Source: Vicugna vicugna
Lineage: Eukaryota
DNA: 64,000 nt
Assembly: GCA_013265495.1 (NCBI GenBank)
Contig: MU058531.1
Location: forward strand, 1,046,678-1,110,677
Direction of reading: 5' to 3'
How positions within the stretch are numbered: position 1 is the first letter of the stretch; the number at the start of each line of letters is the position of its first letter. Below, one piece after another: positions 59,601 to 64,000 of the stretch. A program made the translations under genes and the position numbers. A model generated the notes under the pieces. It worked only from the letters and a program-made list of their open reading frames with translations, searched no databases and had not been told where the DNA came from.

Positions 59601-59700
59601 CTGATTCCATCTATCATCTGTACACAGCATGCAGCGAGTTTAGAATCAGGGAATGACTGTTCTGTTTTTTTAAAATTATTTTTATGTTTATAGCAGCTTT

Positions 59701-59912
59701 TTTTCAAGGTTTTTTTTTATATTGAAGTATAGGTTTACAATTTACAGGTTGTGTTAATTTCTGATGTACAGCATAGTGATTCATTTATACACATACATAT
59801 ATACATATATATTATTTTTCATATTTTGTCATTATAGGTTATTAAAAGGTATTGAATATAGTTCCGTGTGCTATATAGTAGGACCTTGTTATTTATCTAT
59901 TTTATATGTAGT
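59701..59912 (-). mobile_element. Short L1 3' end with TSD
   Basis: Same family as the copy at 58595; TSD tgttta(a)tagcagcttt at 59685-59700 and 59913-59929. Confidence 0.85.
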
Positions 59913-61477
59913 TGTTTAATAGCAGCTTTATTTTAAATGACTAAGAACTGGAAGAAAAAAAATAACAGCACCAAATCTACATCAACTGCAGAATGAGTAA
60001 ATAATGTTGTTGTCCAGCATGACTATTCTGACTATTGGAGAGGAGGGACAAGAGAAAGAGTATTGAAGTTTTGAGATGAGAAAAGAAATGTAAATAGTTC
60101 TCCAGTAGAAAAGTAATAGAACTTTTCCTTTTGTATATTTTTATACCAAATTGTAAAACTCTTTGAGGGAAGCCCCAGCTGTTACCCATTTCCAGAAGTC
60201 CCATAGAACCCACATGGCATCTCGCACAAGGCAGGCCCCTGATGCACTCCTGTTGGGTGGGTGGGTGGCCGGATGAAGGAGAGGAGCCGTGGAGAAATCC
60301 AAAGGGAGAAGCGAGTGTCATCAGAAGAGGTAAAAAACTTCATCAAATGGGCGGGGGTCGGGGGATTTGGAAGATCAGGAGACGAGACCTGGGTGTGGCG
60401 GGAGGGAAGCTGCAAGTGTAGCTTCTTCTCGGAAGGCTTCTCCCGATTTGAGCAGAGACAGGCGGGTTTGAGACGATGGGGAGATACATTTGTTCGTGTT
60501 CGTAAGACAGGCCCAAGTGTGTTATGCCTTAAAGGTTGTGCTAAGCAGTTTGGATTCCAACTGAAATTAGCATGTATGTGGTGCCCAGGCTGAGACTTTG
60601 ATTTGAAACTTTGGCTATAACCTGGAAAAACTAAAATTTGAAAGCCACAAGTAGTTTTATGTTACTCAAAATGTACAGACTTCCGTTTTGGGGGAAACCA
60701 TCTGAATGAGTCTTTATACTACAAAAATGTAAAGTAAATGTGGCTTTTTCAAATGAATATGTTATTAAATCCAGAGGCTAAGCTCCTCTGTAAGATAAGG
60801 GAACAGGTTCCAACTGATGGTGCAGAAAGACTTGCATCTCTGCAGATGTGTTTCCCTTAGAAAAATGTTTTCTTACACCCGCTGGCCGATGAATGTATTC
60901 TGCTTGGAGGAGTGTGTTCTTGTTCAGTCGATGTTCATAGGAGGCCAGAAGGCAAAATGGTGGGGATGATGAATTGAAAATGACTTCACCTTACCAAGGG
61001 GACTGGTTTGGATTTGGCAGGATTCAACCTGGACTGAACTTCTGATATCCTGCCCTAATGAAGACTGATTAGCCCAGAAAGTACCATGGAACACTGTTGT
61101 GTTATGATGTGGTTGCCAGGAAGTACCCCTTAAGAGGAGGGCGGTGTTTTCTCTTTAAAGGAGTGAACATCACTGTTGTCCATCACACTGGGAAGAAGTA
61201 GATCCTAGAACAGGATATAAAGATTGAGAAGGTTGACCTCAGACTGGAGTAGAGGAGAAATGCCTTTCTTTTGTTGGGCCTCAGGTGATGGACCTGGCTG
61301 TGCTCTGGGTCCTTCCAGGGATGGGTATGGGTGACTTCTTTGTAAGCAGGTCAACATTTAAGCAACTGTTGAATCAGTATGTCAGCCTGTAGATTCAGAG
61401 AAATTGTATCTTATATAGCTCTAAGTTCTCTTCCTGTGCTTCCCTGAACTTTGAGTCAAGTTCAATCTAAGTTCAAA

Positions 61478-61655
61478 ACAAATTTCTTCTATATAGCACA
61501 GGGAAAGTTATTCAATATCTTGTAGTAACCTATAATGAAAAAGAATATGAAAAGGAATATATGTATATGTATGACTGAAGCATTATGCTGTACACCAGAA
61601 ATTGACACATTGTAACTAAGTATACTTCAGTATATTAAAAAACAAAAACAAAAAA
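61478..61655 (+). mobile_element. Short L1 3' end with A-rich tail
   Basis: tatagcacaggga..attcaatatcttgtagtaacctataatgaaaaagaatatg...gctgtacaccagaaattgacacattgtaact. Confidence 0.85.
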
Positions 61656-64000
61656 CTAAGCCCGAAAGAAGAACCCACTGGGACATGTTTGGGTGCCAGT
61701 GAGGAAAGACTGTGCAGAGCCCCTCCCACAGGCCGGTATGGTAGAGGCATTAAACAAACCGCCATGCACCACAGAGCAGTGGTCCCCCAAGACCATGGGC
61801 AGCAGTGGTGCTGGCTTGGTGGCTTTGCAAGGAAATACTGTTATCAGACATGAGACATTAAACACCCCATAAGGGATTCTCCGAAATAACTGGGAGAAAC
61901 TCTACAGGACCAAGTGTGGCCAAAGTCACAGTTGAGCAATTTAATAAAAATTGTTGGAATTTAAATAGGTCATGATAAAGTAATCCCTTATCCCCCTTCC
62001 AAATTTGGAATGGATAGAGATTTAGGCACAGGGGTCTACACATATGAAATTATCAGCCTTATTATCACTATCACTGGTATGGACATTGCATACAAACATG
62101 GCAAATGACCAGGCAGCAGACACACCAGCTCTGCTAGGGCAGTGTTCCTTGGGGAAAACATTGAGACAGAAACAGTAAAACATGTGTGAGTCCCACGGTG
62201 ATCAGTGGAGCAAGACATCAGATTCCAGGAAATGGACCCCGACTCTTGGGCTGTGAAGTTTTAAAGCTATGTTATTAAAGAAACACCAGGCCCTCCCCTG
62301 GAGTAATTAGTGGTCAGAGTACAACACAAGGTTGTGGCATGGTAGAACCTTGGCTCCAGCCCTTTCCTACTGAATCAGGGTTTGGGGTGGGGGATCACTG
62401 GCCCCTCCCCTTGTATAATTGGAGTGGGGGTGTCCAAGCCTTGCCTCTGCAGATGTATACTCTGGCAACCTAGCAGCAAGGCTTATCCCAGTACTCATGA
62501 CTGGGGAAGTACCACCTTTCTCTGGCCTGCTCAAAGAGCTGGATCCAAACCAAGAGATTAACCGGGATTGGCCACCTTCAACCCTGAACTGTAACTTTCT
62601 TCCTTGGATCTTTGTAGCCAACTCCTTTTCTAGAAGGCTGATGGATAAGAATCAGTCTTGGACAAGTTAAGGCATACCTTTCTGAGTCTCACCCAAACAA
62701 GCTTCCTACCCCTTCTTCCTTAGTCCCTCACTCTCCCAGAACCATAGGCTTTCTTGTGCAGGGGCAGGGTCTGCCTAAGTGAGTTTACTGATTAGAAGAG
62801 CAGAAAATGTGTGTCCTGAGGCAGTGTACTCTGAAAGAGAATACCCAGAAAAGGCTGGATTTCAGTCTTCTCCCAACTCATCAATTAGCTTAGTCATTCA
62901 CCTACCCTTGGGGAGGGAAAGTGAAGAGCTGAGGAGCCTTCCCCTGATGCTTTTCTCTCCTGGGGAAGGAACACAAGTTCTGGGCATGGATGATGATGAC
63001 GGTTCCAGAACACCAAGAATATATTTAATGCCAGTAAACCATACCCTTAAAAATGGTTAAAATGATAAATTTTAGTTATGTTTTACTATAACTATCAAAC
63101 AAACAAATGAACTGAATCTAATCTTGTTTTGGGGTTTGTCTTGCTTTATTTTGAACAGTTAATATATTCACATGGTTTTAAGTTTAAAAAACAAAAATGA
63201 TACCTCTACCATCTGTCCTAGCCAATCCATTTCCCTCTTCAGAGATTAATACTTCTACCAGCATTCTGGTATTCTTTCAGAGATATTTTATGTATACACA
63301 AGCAAATACTTAAAAAAAGATTTTTGACACAAATGGCATCAAATTTTACACACTGTTCTGCAATTTGCTTTTTTAGATTAATGAAATTTCCTGGGGAATG
63401 TTCCCTGTCAGTGTATCAGAGTTCCAGCATTCATAGCCATCTATTTTGCCAATGCATGGATGGTCCACAGTTGTTTTAACCAATCCTCCATTGTGGTAAA
63501 AATCTAGATGCTTCTACTCTCTTCTATTCCAAACACTGAATAGCTTCTAATATCGTTTCTCACATCCATCTACTCATAGGAGAGACTCCCAGACATGGAA
63601 TTGTCTAGCCATGGTTTTAATAGTTTTCAACTTAGGCACACATACCTCTGACACTCTTGAGTGACACTGGAATGGAGTAAGATCTCTATTCTGACAAGCT
63701 AACCAGAAAAGTGGTGGTATGTATCCCACTCATAAACCACTGCACCCACTTTTATACAGGTACTAAAGTGGGAAAAAGCATCAAATGAACCCTGAGAAAA
63801 TAATGTCCATTTTCAAAGAGCATCTCTTTCTGTCAGAGGTCTGGTCAGTCTATAACATGTAACGACCTGACTGTACATGAGTCTTCTTTAAATAATTCCT
63901 CACATTTTTCCCAATGTAACTTCCTCATGTGTCTATACATATGATCTGTTTGGTTCTGTAACAATTCAAGCACCCATCAGGTTAGCCTGAGAAGGTGATA

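Noticed and set aside
59097..59630. 177-aa and overlapping ORFs
   Set aside because: They lie in degenerate L2 sequence and are chance open frames.
1..64000. CRISPR arrays, operons or other prokaryotic/viral systems
   Set aside because: The window is intron-containing mammalian DNA. I see no repeat-spacer array, no long uninterrupted ORF and no intact retroviral or transposase gene.

Overview
Mammalian genomic DNA, probably camelid (judged from Vic-1-like tRNA-derived SINEs and cetartiodactyl-type L1 3' ends). It contains two convergent genes. The last five coding exons of RPP30 (RNase P/MRP subunit p30) lie on the + strand at 7821-13042. A complete 9-exon ANKRD1/CARP gene lies on the - strand (CDS 29337->21401, 960 nt, 319 aa), with a TATA/GATA/MCAT/SMAD promoter and an AU-rich 3' UTR. 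The ~34 kb upstream of ANKRD1 has no supportable coding gene; it holds L1, L2, MIR, MLT1, hAT and Tigger repeats plus several candidate enhancer motif clusters. I found no evidence of a wholly new biological system. The most notable sequence-level observations are: (1) a U12-type (minor spliceosome) GT-AG intron in RPP30 with a nested cryptic U2 donor/acceptor set predicted to give NMD products; (2) a 14-nt direct repeat around the upstream exon; (3) a twin-primed (5'-inverted) L1 inside a Tigger relic; (4) a ~230-bp local duplication in which only one copy has a (CA)20 microsatellite; (5) a nested MLT1/L1/hAT cluster; (6) a GATA/NKX2-5/MEF2 motif cluster ~6 kb upstream of ANKRD1. Repeat subfamily names are recognised by eye and need RepeatMasker/Dfam confirmation. 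Exon numbers follow my recollection of the human genes.
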